A stretch of 64,000 nucleotides of DNA from Acanthaster planci. Its lineage: Eukaryota. Below are positions 33,601 to 48,900 of this stretch, in pieces (the stretch's first letter is position 1; the number at the start of each line of letters is the position of its first letter). The position numbers were made by a program, and so were the translations under genes. Under the pieces are notes generated by a model that was not told the DNA's origin, ran no database searches, and saw only the letters and a list, made by a program, of their open reading frames with translations. The stretch covers positions 186,001 through 250,000 of the forward strand of contig NW_019091356.1 in assembly GCF_001949145.1 (NCBI RefSeq). Reading direction: 5' to 3'.

Positions 33601-36600
33601 TCCTGATTGCCAAATTACATGTACTGTCCACTCATGTCTCAGCCCTCTTGACCAGACCAAAAAGCAATTCACGTTCATTTATCATGTACATGTAGATTAA
33701 CCAACAGCACAGATTTAAGCAAGTATCCTGTCAAACTCAAATCTTGGCTCATAATTCAGACTTTTAACATTCATCTGAACAGACTGGTGCCCTTACCTGT
33801 CACCCTAATAATCCATTAACACATCAGCCACTACATGGTCAGAATACATCCATTCAGTGACCTCAAACTAAAAGCCAGAATAACTTCCAGACTGAAAAGC
33901 CCATTGAGATTTCTCACTCTCTACTGCTCTTTTGGAGGGCGCCAAGGTTTCTGAAAGCATGTTAGGAATACCAATGCTAAGGCTGAAGAGGGCAGCTAAA
34001 TCATGCAAGGCAGATTGCATGGGGGGAACAGGTATTACAGTTTCTCTGGAGTCACTAATTGGAGTTGTGTAAGCATAGAGTCATACCCAGATGTTGATTT
34101 GAATCACAATACCCATACAGTGTATGCTTCTTGCTCATCACATAAATTACAATTATTAAAAATCACACATTCTGTGCCCAGGCAAGTGGTCAAGCAGACA
34201 CCTTTCTCCCTCAGTTTTTTTTTAAGAGCCATTTTGAATAGCAAAGCTGTTACAAAAATTCTCTTTTTGAAATTCCTGTTACATTTTTTTGAACTACGTG
34301 AAGATTCACTTTGCTTTGACCCACAGGAGATCAATGTTTGTTACTAAATACTTCTCCAAGATGCATGTGCATGTTAAGTCAAACATGGTAAAGGCATGTA
34401 TGAGCTCGTAAGGGCACTTGTAAAAGCAAATATTTCCTCCGGCCAAATCATCTAAAAAATAACCCTGTGTAAAGTCACAATTATCCTGAAAGGTTCTTGT
34501 CTACATGCATAAAACAACTTTCTTTATTTTAAGTACAAATAACTTCACAATTCTTCTCTGAAAGCTTGTACACATGATGGTACATGTACATGTAGTCTGT
34601 GGTATTACATTTTTCATATTGTGACTATTAAACTTGGAGGCAAGTGCAAACTATAGACCAGCAAAATTTAAAGTTCCTTTCTAATACACTGTACCTGACT
34701 CCAGCCTGCATGGAACATTTCAACAGTCCACACTTCAACAGCAAGTTGGTGAACCCCATTAGAACAAGCTCTTGTACATTTAAGTTGTAGGAAAATCTGC
34801 CACACACAGTAAACAGTGTCAAGTACTTGCCCTCTCCCATCCTAATCCAAGACCAGTTGGACTACTGCTATACATTTTTCCCAACACAACCAAAAACACG
34901 AATTACATTAGAATTTCTCAAGAAAAACAGCCAAAAAAGACAGCCTCTTCAACCAAACAGATAACATGAATGAGGAATATTGAACATTTTTGTCTAGAAA
35001 ACAGTGGAAATCCGTATGAATTGTCAGCAATGTTTCATCAGTTTCATCTTAACTGCGTTCCGTACATGTAGGTTGTTACAATCCAATTACAAAAGAACCA
35101 ACTTGGGTTTTCAATTAAGACAATGAATAACAAAAGAAAGACAACAACCACAGAAATGCAAAATTATCATTTTCAGTTTTATGTGTTCCTGAAGCTTTAA
35201 GATTTCTAATTATTTACATAGATGCAGATCTGCATGTAACTTGAATGTTAAGTGAATGAAAGGTTCAATGTGAAAAAAATGCTGAGAATGGTGAAACTCT
35301 TGAAAAATCCATTCTGGGGCAGATACAATCCAGGTGATTTATTCTGCTCATGGTGCCCTTCACTCCTCAGCTGAAAATTGACTAGTGACATTCTAAGCAG
35401 GTGTGGTGTAAATATGTAATGAATGGCAAAACAAGATGGCCCCTCTCGCTTCTCTCTCCCTCTCTCAATCTGCAAAGCTTGAAAGGTTGGGTCTTGATGT
35501 GTGCACGAGGTATCTCCCCTAGAACTGCAAATGGAGGACATGCGTACCAATGGATATTAGCCTTGATTGATACAAGATACATGTAGGCCTACATGTACTT
35601 GCTGTAAAGCCTACTGTAGTGCTACAATGTATGAGAGCAGCAGTAATTCTTCAATGGTACACATACTCGAATATGCTACTTAGTGGTGTATTACAGCTCA
35701 ATTAGTCTGCCAAAGACTGGCCATGCTATGAAACAAACTTGAAAAATGACATGAAATTATAATAGTCATTTTAGACAATGACTCATAGGACACCTGGGCA
35801 TGTACATGTACAAGTACGCATACACACATTTATAGAACATACCGGTGCATGTACGGTATGTACATGTATGTACATGTACACTGGTACTGATATTGCATTC
35901 TTGAATAGTTCCAGTTAGAACACATATTAGTCGTACAACCACCCAAATCATGACCTGAATAACTTCTAAAACTGACAACTTTCTGAGGTTCATTTTATGT
36001 ACATATACATGCAGACTACTATGTCCTGGTAAATGTGTAGGGCACATGTAGCATGTTTTGTAGAACACAACAGATGTCACTATGTAATGAACAGTACATG
36101 TACATAAATCTTGAGCTACGAAAGTCTTGAACTTTGTGGAAGAAATTCAAGAGGTGTGCATGGACAACAGTCAGAAGATATGGGTAGAAGCAATATTTGT
36201 GCTTGTAGACATATACCTGTAAGTGTACATTGTACATGTTCAGCATTACAGTGTAAAATTCCCTTGGTTCTAAGTACTGTACTCCTTTCACAATCCAGAT
36301 ACACACTGTCACAGAATATAATCGACAAGCACATGTACATGAACATAACCCCAACTCAAAACCACAAAATGTTCATCTTGAGAATACCATTCAAATTAAC
36401 AACACATGCAGACCTGGAGTAACTGTGGGTCAAAGTTAAATGCGAAGAAAACTAGCTAGCTTTGCAGCTGGCTTACATTATCTTGAGTCGCTGTGTGTAA
36501 AGCAAAGACTGCACAGCCTCTGAGGAAATCAGGAGGCACCATCTTTGTATCAAGCTACTTCAAGTGCAAGTAACTAGAAGAGGCAATACTTGGGATAACA

Positions 36601-37259
36601 ATAACATCACGTAGGAGGTTCTAAATGTTACAATAACAAAATGTGTGCAACTGTTATTCTATGGTATTCAAAAGGGAGCAGAAAAAATCCCATTACAAAA
36701 ATTAAATCATGATGAACGATGACATTGGTTGAGAAACTTACAGAATGGAGACTTTTAAAGAGAAATTAAAGAATTGGGTGTCTTCTTTCTTCACTTTGTC
36801 AAAATGCCCCACAATAAAGTACAACCATGCTTCATGTGAGTGCTTGAGTTATTCCTCCCTTCCTGTAGGAGTGGAGATAACACAAATCAAATTTAACAGA
36901 ATATGGGTCTACCGTCTATGTCATTTATCCCTGCGCTAGCACAAACCACAAGAGGAAGTCTGCAACAAAAAGTAAAGATGCTACAACTAAAACTACAAGC
37001 TAACATTTTTGAACAGCTCAGCAAATTCAGCAGTTTACCTGGCCTAAAGGCCAGTAAGCCTACACGTAGGTCAGCTGTCTACCGTATGGCAATTTTGTTA
37101 TCATCTCTAGACTTTGCATAGCCTGATATACATTAACGTATACACATATGTATGTTTGAAGATGTCAGCGTTAATGATCTAGTTTCAAAATGTGCCCTTT
37201 TCCTTCTACAGGTATTTTATGAAACAAGATAAATATGGTACATGAACCACTACCAGTAC

Positions 37260-37615
37260 AATGGGCTCATAGTTTTCAACTGGGGTTTGAATACATGTAC
37301 TTTATGCCAGACTGTTGAGCCTAACCATGGACCCATTATGGTCCAACCTGTGGGGTAATGGCACCTGTATCCTTGGGTAAGACATTTTTGTCCTCTAATT
37401 ACATCACATATGCTTCTCCCAGTACAGAAGTGAAATGGTTAACCTGCAGGGAAAGAGATGATTACTGTATTTGCAGCAATAGGGTAGTAGCATTGAGGAA
37501 GGAAACTATGGTAACAGCTAAAGACAAGGAGGTATGCTTTATGGGGCCAAAGCATGGGGGTAGTAATAATGTGAAGCATTTTAACCTTTGATGAAAGGGT
37601 TAGGCACTATTTTCA
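37260..37615 (+). mobile_element. Degenerate tRNA-SINE related to the copy at 61295
   Basis: TGTATCCTTGGGTAAGACATTT...TGCTTCTCCC...AAATGGTTAACCTGCAGGG...ATGGGGCCAA...GTAATAA follows the same motif order as the 61295 copy. Confidence 0.6.
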
Positions 37616-40600
37616 TTTGCATGTTTTTATGTCCTTGACATGTCAGTATGCAAGGCCAATATTATGAACCTTAACATGTACAAAAAATGTATGAAATACC
37701 AGTACCTGAAAAATGTTTGCATGGAACTACATGTAATAAGGATAGAACTAATGAGCTGATAGAGAATGTTTGAACATGTCTTGTAATGATGCAGCTTTGA
37801 CGTCAAGGGATTGGTTGATGTCCTGTGGTTTCAATTTTAATGTAACTATCTGCTTTCACAGAGTGTGTTTGCAGATCACATGCACAGTACTGTACATGTG
37901 CTCAGTGTACTAGTGACAGTGTACCTTCACTGAAAGGTTTCACAGGTAGTCACGAAGCAGGTTAATAAGCCACAACAAAGACTGACAAGTTCTACCCATG
38001 AAAAGAACAGAATTCAATCATTGTTTTCTGCCTTTTTCAAAGCGTATTGAACTGAGACAGACAAGGTCACGAATTCATCCAAACTGACTTAGAGTCTTTA
38101 GAAAAATCCCTCACAGTGTTGCAGCGTATCATTCAACACCTTGGTTGTAAAGGAATGCCAAATCATTTCAGGATCAGTTGTTCAACAGCTTTGCATTGGT
38201 TCAAAGGATCTTTTAATATCGGCCCAGATGTACAATACATATTTACACTATGATGCGTGTGAAGGCATCTTTATGTTAATAACAGCATACGTGGACTTGC
38301 AATGGAATTTTTCAGTATTCTTGTAATAAAAGAAATAAATGATGTAGCGTTCTGACAGTACAAGCAGAATTGTTTTAATACAGGAACAACAACATGAGAC
38401 AGACCCTACATGCAAAAAGTGTGCACGTTTCTCTGGCAGTGGGATCAAAGAAAGTTTCACAACATACGTATAGGTTTTTCCCTTCAGTGATAAATTCAAG
38501 CACTGCATATTCCATACTGTCCTGGAGCTCTGAAAATGCCACTAGAAATTGTTGAAAAACATACAAGTAGGAGAAACACTGTACAGACTACATGTTGTCC
38601 AACAATGGCACAGAGTGGCCTTTTTCAATCTTTCCACTCAAAGGCAAACCAGGCATTCCTCCGAAATCCACCTCCTTGAGTACATGTGTACATGTACACA
38701 GAGCTCCTTGACATGCAGTGGTGGAGTTTTATTTCTCGCATTTGCAAGAATTCCATCTGTCAAGCATCTGCTGTCAACAGGCGCAATTAAGTCAAACAAA
38801 ATATACAGGATGCAATTGGTATATAATTTGTATATACATCAATTCCAGGAGCCTATGCTGGTAGTAATTAAAGCCTTACCTTGATTTGATCATTGGACGT
38901 AGTCAGTTCAATAGTAAAATAGCTGAACCACCATTGAGTCTGCTACCACTATCACTAAGATTAAAATCCTTACGTACTGTAATGACAGTTATAAAGGTCA
39001 GTACACACAGCTGAAATGTAGCGTATATCAGATGGCAAAACTGACATCAGTGGCAGCGTGATTTGCTGGTTGCATGCCTAGTGATTGAGTACACTATAAC
39101 ATGCAGATATCCCCACACCACTCCAGATCAATCTTCATCCAACTAACCATACAGCTACTATAATCATGACAATCTGAACGTAGACTCACTGTACATCTGA
39201 ACAGACCTTTACTTTGCCCTGCCACCCCTTGCAGGTCCTGCCACAAATCACAATGGCACACAATATGCAGTGCTTCTCATCTACGTGTAGCTTGTATTAA
39301 TAGCCAGAGGCACCCAATGAGCACTGCTCCCATAATGGGACAGCCCAATGGAAAACTCAGATTAAATGCACTGGGATGGTCAACCCTGAAGAACAGGGGT
39401 GGCAGGAATCAATGAGGGACAAAAAAATGCAATCCAAGAAGTGATGACTTGACAGTTGTTTTCTTCACTATTCAATCCCTAAGGTAAAAAGTTAACCAAA
39501 AAGAGACTTTTTTTCTGCTGTAACAGACTGGTACAACCCAGATTTTGCCACTGCTTTATACAAAAAAGTATATAAAAATTACACATTGTATTACATTATG
39601 CACATGTATTGACCATACTGTTCATCACATGAAAGGTCTAAACAGAAATGCTACAACGCATTTTATTCAAAAAAGTACAGTACAAAAAATATGTTCACTG
39701 TTCCTTTCCCTCCCTATCTTTCAAACAACAAAACTTCACAACTAAAAGGCCATGTTTTAATAAGTAAACATGGCACGCTCAGAAAATCAAACAAATCTTT
39801 CATTCAAAATGCAAATTCAAAACTTAAAACCTTGCATATTTAAAAGTGATCACAGTGCAAATTTCTGATTCAAAATACTAAAATAAATAGAGTAGCTAGC
39901 ACTTCACTTACATCCATCCTGCATATCTCTCACCAGTAGATGTGAAGACCAAAACAAAATCTATTTTCACTGCCTACAGCAAACAATACATACGGTGAAT
40001 GCACATGGGCTGTGTACATGTAGTAAGCGTATGCAGATTATTTCAGGCAATTAATCAATTATTTGAAACCGCAGCAGCTGTGTGGGATTTATGAACAATT
40101 AAAATCACAGCTTACTCAAACAAAAAACACTCCCGTAACACAGCAGGATGTGTCTGGCAGAAGAAAAGGCTACATTATTGATTTGTCTCTTGAACAGAAA
40201 ATATGTACGTGTACATTGTACAATACACAACATGTACATGTACGTACACCGTATATGTACACGCACCAGGTACCTTGCATGTGTCGGTGGACATGTTGAA
40301 TGATTCAAAATTAATGTACAAATTTGCATAAACTGTTCTTCAGTTATAGACAATATCCTTTGTTATCCCATGTATGCCTACATTACCTAGTCAATGCAAT
40401 GTGCATATAATCTGAAAGTTCACTTCCAGGGTGAAATAAAATAAGCAAAAAAGCACACAAATCAATGGAATTTTTACATGTACAATGCACAATGTGTACA
40501 TGCATGGTTTCTAAATTCTTTCCAACCACTACAGTATCACTATGCCTATTTGTTTGTGAGAGATAAGTCATTATGTTATACACGTACATGTACATACATG

Positions 40601-43600
40601 TACTAGTAGTTTCCACATGTTTGGGTTTACACATAACATGTAATTTGGGAGTACACGCCATCACTGAAATGTTGCTTAAACTTTAAAATCCTGAATTTCA
40701 CACATGAAGTTCAACGATGCAAATTCAATACCAAATTTGGGAACAATTTCTCCTACATGCTCTAGCAGAAAAATAAAACGAAATATCATATGGCATCATC
40801 AAAACTGACATGCCCTGAAGAACAAACCATTGCTAGGCGTTCATGGACCTCACAATCCCTTACTTTTTATCTATCCTCCTAACTATGCCCACTATTTGCT
40901 CAGGACACAAAAACCAGGGGGCTGTCAAAACTTGTTGATAATACTGTGCTGATGCTTCACACCTATAGATACTTCTTACAAGAATAATGTAGATGTAACT
41001 TTCATGAGACAATGGCTATGACGCATGCTTCCATCATGCAATTTTAATTTTTACAAAGGAAAGTTGCTAGGAAGTTAAATCTATACACCAATATCTCCTG
41101 AAAATACATTCATCATCTGGAAATGAGCTGACAAAAGCTCTATAAATTTTTCAGAATATGAAACCCCTGTCCACCTGACAACAGATCGAGTGAGAAAATG
41201 AATGGCTCTTAAGATCCTGATTTGCTATCAAATTTAAAATTTAAAGAGAAAAATATTGACCTGCGGAAGTCAGTTTCCTCAGAGGTACCAACAAGATTGT
41301 GGATTATATACATGTACATGTACGTGTACAGATAGATGACGTCAAATGCATACAATGTGGAATTACTAAGGCTCCTGAATATAAAAGCAGTAAGAACCAA
41401 ATTATTCAGCTAGGGTTTGCCTAAACTTACACTGCCTTTTTGTAACCATTATAAACACAATGCCCTAAAGTTGACTCTTGTAGAATACAGCAACACCCAT
41501 CATAAGTTTAATTCTGTAAGAATGTGAAGAGACTTTAAAGGTTAAGATTCATACACTTTGGAAAAAGTCTGTTGAAAAAACTACCTACAAGTAGATGCTG
41601 ATAAACAGTGCATGAACATCATGAATTACCCTAATTGAGCAAGAGAATCGCGAAGCTGATCATCCCTCTATTCTATGTTATAACATTCTCAGTAGACAGT
41701 TGCCGGCCTTTTGCACCTCATGGGATAACGGTAATAAGGCAATTATTTTAGACATTCCCCAATGTACCTAACAAGGATTAAACTCCTGATCAGTTCAAAC
41801 CTTAATCCATTCTAAGTAATCTTATTTATCCTCACACCACTAATAACCAAGACAAACAACAACAGCTATAAACACCACCCTGACAAAAACCACAAGTGCT
41901 GCACATATACATGTAAATCCCTATGCTGGTCAACATCACAGCACAGGGAAACACCTAGTCTCTTTGTACTGAATTCAGAGAGTTTATAACTAACTTGCAT
42001 TGTAGCTTTCAACACTTATACTAACTCTTGGGTACACCATTTGTGTAATACGAAGATACCAATAAGCACACATTTACACAATTACCTGATATCTCAGGAT
42101 ATGGCAAGTGATGCATTTGAGAGTTTTAACAGCTGGGGCTGTGAGCCAGGCCAGTCACTAACTCAACTTGCTCAATATTATATCAACTCATGTAAATCCC
42201 AAGATGTCAAAAACTTCACCTCTTCGCCTTAATACATGTACCTGTAGATGTACCGTATCAATGCACTATAGTCAAACAAGAATAATTCATCCCAAATATA
42301 TCAAGTGCCCAAATCAAATAAAGTATAAGTCATTGACTTTTTAAATATTTAAATATTATCTTTGAATGCCTTGAATTTGTTCAAAAGCATGATAATGTGC
42401 ATAATTTTTACAGTGCATCATGGAGTAGGGCTACAGATTTTCATTTTCATTAAAATCCTTGCAGCAGTTCAAATTTTTTACATTTTAAGCAAACACAACT
42501 TCCATCACAATGGTAATTAAACTTCTTCTATTTGCCAAGCTTCCATCCATTTTTCATTTATTTCCCGTTGGGTGTCTGCGTTCCATTGGTGTGTCAACAA
42601 CACGTGCAAGAAGGAACAGTCATTTATGCTTTCCTATCAGATTATTTGAGCAGCATCTCAAGATGTAAGCATGCACCCTACTGTTATCTGGAGTACATGT
42701 ACCTTTAAATGATATTACTGGTCTACAGTGGAGCAGATCAGTAACTTTAGGGTCAATAAGACATCTCATCAACAGGAACAATCAATCAAAACTTCCAAGC
42801 ATTCCAGCGACCAATTCATCATATCACCAGACCTCAAAGATAATTAGAGTTCCTCATGATTAAGCACACAAATAAGACAAATCTGGCATTGCTCAACCGA
42901 CCATGACTTCAATCACTAGCAAAAGGTCATCTTGTGGATAGCATGTCATCTGCTTTAAGCATACTCTGAAACCACTCAAAACAGTCCACAAATCTGAACA
43001 TGCTTTGGCTATTTTAAACATTCACTTTTTAGACATTATTGACAAATTCTGGGTATTTTTTTTTCAACAAAAGACTAATGCCAACTTGCGCATGAAAATT
43101 GAATCCTCTGTTAGGAATACATACGATGAATTGAATGATGTGTTCATTATGTGGTTTTATGTATGATCAACTACAGTCAAGATCTCTACCTTGAATTTCT
43201 ACAGTGTACACGACTGGATTCAATCATATCAGGACTTAACCAGTATTTTTAAATTTTGATAGATAGCAATCAACAATTAAATGCTAAAACACAAAAGAAA
43301 ATTCTTGCAAACCCTACAGAACATTTGTAACACCCAAACACATCTTAACTAAAACAACTTAACACACTGTACAATATCGATGCATGTGTTCTAAGTTTCA
43401 GATCACATCCAAGATACATCAATCTCCAAACAAGGCTCAATTACTTGCAGATATTTATCATTTGTTAGCCTTCTTACCAGTACGTCACTGCTGACGAGAC
43501 AACACGGCACGCCAAGGAATCATTTCTTTACCTCTTCTCAAATGTCTCCAGCAAGAGACAGCAAATCTTCCCAGGTATAGCCTACAACCAAAACCGTCAC

Positions 43601-45419
43601 ATGTAATCGACCTTCCGAGTGTCACGGTTTGCATTTTTACCATCTTTTTTTTTCCTCTCTGTGAATTCCAATCAAGTTTTTCTGTTCAGGTATTCTGTCC
43701 TCCAGCAGGCCTTGGGCAAATTCTTGCTTTCCTCTTCATTTTCATGCTTCCCTTTGCAAACAATTGTACAATCCTGCTGAACGGAATAGCAAGAGGGAGA
43801 ATGACCAGTTTGAAGGAAGGGTCGCTGTTCTGTGTTTCAGGATGTGCAGCATAACATAGTATTAATAGTGATTGGAATGAAAGTGAGGAAGGAGGAAAAG
43901 ACATGAGTGTGTATTAAAGTGTATAGAAGAAATTATTATGTTCAGATCCTGGTTTCCATCATTTCAAGTCAAATATGTACAATGCATGCCGGGTGTGATC
44001 AGTCAGTCTGTGCAATTACTTAATCTTTGCATGATCTGTCAATCTCATAGTAGGATTTGCCAATAAATCTGCCATCAGCTGATCCTTTTTTAATAGTTTG
44101 TGGTTTTTGGAGACTTTTGAAAAAGAGCAGTAAACTTGGAGACTCACACAGAATTGACTGACAATGCGACGCAACTGCCAGGGAGGCCATGTTCCCCCCC
44201 ACACTTTTTCAACTGGAGGGGGGCATGGCCCCACTCACTTTTTGCTGGTCCTATAATTGGGTGGGGCTTAATAGATCAGTCTATGGTCTCACAACCCCCT
44301 CCTACACATAGGCATGTATGCAGTCTCTCTGCCCTTTGTGTGATGTACATGTATGGTATTATAAAATACTGTACATTACACAGTGTACGATGTATTAATT
44401 GTGCCAAAGTCTCTCTACATTCAATCAAAATTATCCACTCCGAGTGGAACAAAAGAGGGCGTGGTTGTTTGGTACTCACCACACAGGGGCGCGCACGTTT
44501 ATAATGGAGATCAATGGCGCATTTGACAAGGAGCATGCTGAGTACGCGTAATGAATTTATTCCTTAATGTATGGCCTTTGCATACACGCAGAATGTACAT
44601 GTATGAAAGATCCCGTTAAAAAAACCCACTAACAACTGTCTTTCTTTTGCCGCTTGGGTTGCACTTCAACTTGGGGCAGATACCCAGACATAGTATTATG
44701 CATGCCAATGAATCATCTGGTAGCCATGCCCTTACATTCTGTATTAGGTCAATGCGACATCTAGTGGCAATGAAACACACTTTTAATTGGATGCTAGAGC
44801 CATTTTCATTTGTTCAACACCAACTCGGAGACAAGGAAAGAAACTGTCAAAAATGCAATCTTGCATAGTTGTGCTTCTAGCCCAACTGGCAGCCATGCAG
44901 CATATGCAGCTTATAGTTGCCTTTTGTTTTAGCACTTTTTTTTCCCAATAGTGGTATTTCGCCAGATCCCAAAGTTGTTTTCAAATCTAAGTTAAAAAAG
45001 CAGTTGGTCCATTAGAATGAAGATTACATTTTCCCATTAACTACTCGGAGCATATGAACCAGCCAATGAATGCAACCAGCCTTGCCTAGAATTTGTCTTT
45101 GAGTGGATGCCAATGTCATAAATGTAGGTTGGTGGTGGAATTTTTTCTGTGAACCCCCCAAAAAAGCACTCTAATCTAACTCAATCAGGTATACTATAAA
45201 CATGCAGACTGAATTCTTTTTACATATTTACATGTAGTATTCACATATCCTTGACATCCTTCAATCATTTAGTTCAAGCACAGTCCGGACACAACAACTT
45301 TTGGATGTATGTACATGTATGTGGCAAAAAATGTTGGATGTCCTACAGTTAAACCTTCCTTCAACTTTTAACAAGTTTTCAAAATTCTACTGCTAAAAGA
45401 GGCCACGCCTGATTTTCTG

Positions 45420-45910
45420 TAAGGCTGTGCCGAATATCCAAATAACCAAATATTTGATCAATTGTCGAACATTTGAATGTTGTTTTTCAAATTTGAATAT
45501 TTGAATGCAAAATTAAAGAAAAGGAAGGAAAATTTTATTTTGTTTTAGATGAGAAAAATTGCACTATGGAGGCTTCTTTCAAGCAGGTTCAAATGAAAAA
45601 CATCAGAAACCTTACAACGATTTAAAAAGTAGCTTATTCTTTAAACAATTTAAAAGGAATAGAAATTTTTAACAGGGCAAGAAGTTTTGTTCATCTCTTA
45701 AATCTTACTAAATCGTGGCTAGAGATACTCCTAGATATGAGAAGCTATTTTATTGATCACAATGTACAATTCCATGCATTATTACAACTGACTTTGAATA
45801 TGGTTTGTTCATCAACAATCTGCCAGTCGGTGTGACCGAGTATTCGGATATTCGATCAAATTGAAGGTCGAATATTCGAATAGTGAATTATTCAAATTGA
45901 CTCAGCCCTA
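45420..45910. mobile_element. hAT-like MITE with 8-bp target-site duplication
   Basis: Ends TAAGGCTG...CAGCCCTA; flanks ATTTTCTG / ATTTTTTG (7 of 8 match); subterminal CGAATATTCG-type repeats. Confidence 0.85.
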
Positions 45911-48900
45911 ATTTTTTGCCTTCAGTTTTGGATATTGAGTTTCAAAATTTGAATTCAGAGAATTGATTTTTTTCTGGTTATTTGAAAATTCACATTTTAG
46001 TCCCAGTCTTTTAATATAGCTTTCCTTTCAGATTGAACTATTACCTTTTCAAAATAAAACTGTTTGTAAATAAAAGATTTCACAAAAATGTTTACATTTT
46101 TTATCTGACAGTTGTGACTCGAACAAAGTTGATCTAATGTAAAAGTCAGACAAACTAACTCAAGTTGGTTTAATTGCAATTGATCAATTTCAAAGGTTTA
46201 AACCAAAATAATGAAGAAAATTATTATTAGTGAGTAAACTATTGCCTCCTTCATATATAAAACACTTTACTTATTACTTTACTACACTTACTATTTTTCA
46301 TTGTTTTGCTGCAATATCCATGGCCTATTGTCTTTCTGAGACAGCTTCACATGTCAGTGAAATATGGAATACTAGTCTATTCAAAATTCTACATTTCAAA
46401 GAAGCTTACACTTCTCATCTTACCTGTGATTACAGCGTGAGAGAATTCTTGATGTCGACAGTTGATTGCTTGTGATTAAATTGCTGCTTGCATCTAACAA
46501 TTCATCAGTAGCGGTGTTGTTGCCGTCAAACTCCTTATCTTGAATTACATGTACCTACATGTACGTATGAGGAATTCATTACATAATAAATGTCACTGTG
46601 AAGCTAATGAATCATCACTAATGATGTGAATTCAACGGGGGCGGAATGATTTTCAAAATAAGAGGAACACTTCTCCCCCCAGCTTCCATCACCAGTGTGT
46701 GCATTGTCCTGGTTAAGCTGGAGGAATAGTGTTGGGTTCATTTGTAAGGTGTCCTGCCTTGTAAACATGCTGCCATTTGAGGAGAACTTCGTATCATTTT
46801 CCCTTGGGCTTCCTGCTCATCACAACATTGAGCAAAAACAATTACTTTGAAAACTCAGGTAAATATCTGTTTTTCTAGTTTAGCAAAACACACCATGGTT
46901 TATGAGTTTTTATGATATTTTTTGACAGGCTTTAATAAGGGAATGGATGGTTGGTGCGACGTTCATTCTCCTGAGCCAGCCTTAAGGTTAGTTAAGACCA
47001 ACAAAGCACACATCCCATTCATAAATACCACTTTAGTCAGCGAGTCAAAGGAAATCAATACGATAAATTTATAAGGATTTTGTTCAAGAATTTTAGTTTC
47101 ATTTCCCCAAACACCCCCGTCCATTTGATGGTATATTCCTTGTGCAAGTAGTCCAAAAGAATTCCCTTATATGGACTTGGCACATGCATGGCAAGTTCCG
47201 CGTGCACACAGACTCTTGACCAATCGGAATCGCTTCAACTGTCTTGTATCAAGGTGCCAGCACGTGCTTTATGCAGCAGGCATTATCAATTGCGACTACA
47301 TGGTCACGTGACACATATCGACAAATAGGAATAGAAAAACTTTCCCGGGATTTATGAATCAGTAACAATGTTAGACATGGATTAAACAAAATTTGACAAG
47401 AAACTACATGTAGATATTTGGGTAGAGGTGGGGGTTGGAACATAAATGTATATAATCGGCAACATGCATGTACATGTATAACTCAAGACGTTTTGGTAGG
47501 TTTTTCTACTGCATTTAATGTTAACACACATCTAGGCCTACATTTATGTTTAGTTGTCGATATCACATTTATTCTGTGGAAACAGATAACATTTAACATA
47601 CCTTACATACATTGCCTAAACAATGCAGACTAGTATACGTACAGGTGTGCATATAACTCACCAAGAACCAAACTTAATTCAAAACTTTGGCAAAGATGTA
47701 TTCATTTTAGGGTGAGCTGTCCTCTCATAAAGAAGTAATTAATATTAACACCACATTAAATGTGCCAGTCAACGAAGCAGGTATGTATAGTAACACACTT
47801 CTGTATGAATTATGCAGTTAGTTTAAATTTGATTTTACATTACTAGGCCTAACAAGTGTTTTCTCTCATAAGCAAATGGCCAACATGTAAATATGCTTGT
47901 AATGGCTTTCACAGTCCAATGATGATCAGTCATTTACTGCTGCTTGTCCTTTGAACAGAGGTATCAATTTGCACTTACTATATCTATTAAAAGTTCAAGC
48001 CATCACCTCACGGCACGCAACAAGATCCATGCTGGTTAAGTATGATATTATACATGTACACTCTCCAACATACATGAACATGTATGCCATTAACGCCTTG
48101 GCACTTTCAAGCACAGACAAGCCAGCACTTAGTTTTCTTTCGATCTGGGCTCCCAAGGGTGGAAAGAGAAGGGGCCAAATTTGGCAATTTTCAGCTTTGT
48201 TATTTGTGAGATGCAGTTCAGTGTGCTCTAGTGTGCAGCCTGCGTACCCCCCACAAGCACTGAAACACAAACCCCTTAATCAAATCAGTAAGTACAAACG
48301 CCAGGCTAGAGGTGTGTAGAGGGGTAGCAGCAGACCAGACTTGGAATTCAAGGAGGGAGGAATTAGAGAGGATTATTCACTAATAAGCACTCCACGAATT
48401 GCCAGTATGGATGACGTCCGTAGACTGACAGAGTAATTCTACGTTGGGCCTATAGGCCAGATGACAGATATTTTAAGCTGTCTAGAAATAAGAGAACTTT
48501 TGATAAGCAATACAGACTCATGTACGGGTACTTGTATCAGAACATTGTAACTTGGAGCTATGTCCTGTTGTTCACTAATTTGCAAATGGAAACTATGGGG
48601 AAAGTGTCCACGTAGACATACATGTACATATATACATGTACTTACTTGACCAACGTTTTTTAATTGAACACTGATAGAACACAAATGTGACTCCCTTAAA
48701 ATACACATACAATGTAGGTAAATAGATTCAGTTACATGTACCTGGTGTTCTCAAGAACACATCAGGCAACAGTAGCCACTCGAAGCAGTTTCACATTTTA
48801 AAAATAAAACAGGTACATTGCATGTGTAATTGAGCAGTGCCATGAACTTGATGAAGACTACAAGTACAAAAGAAGATATACCCTAATGCAGTCTACCCAC

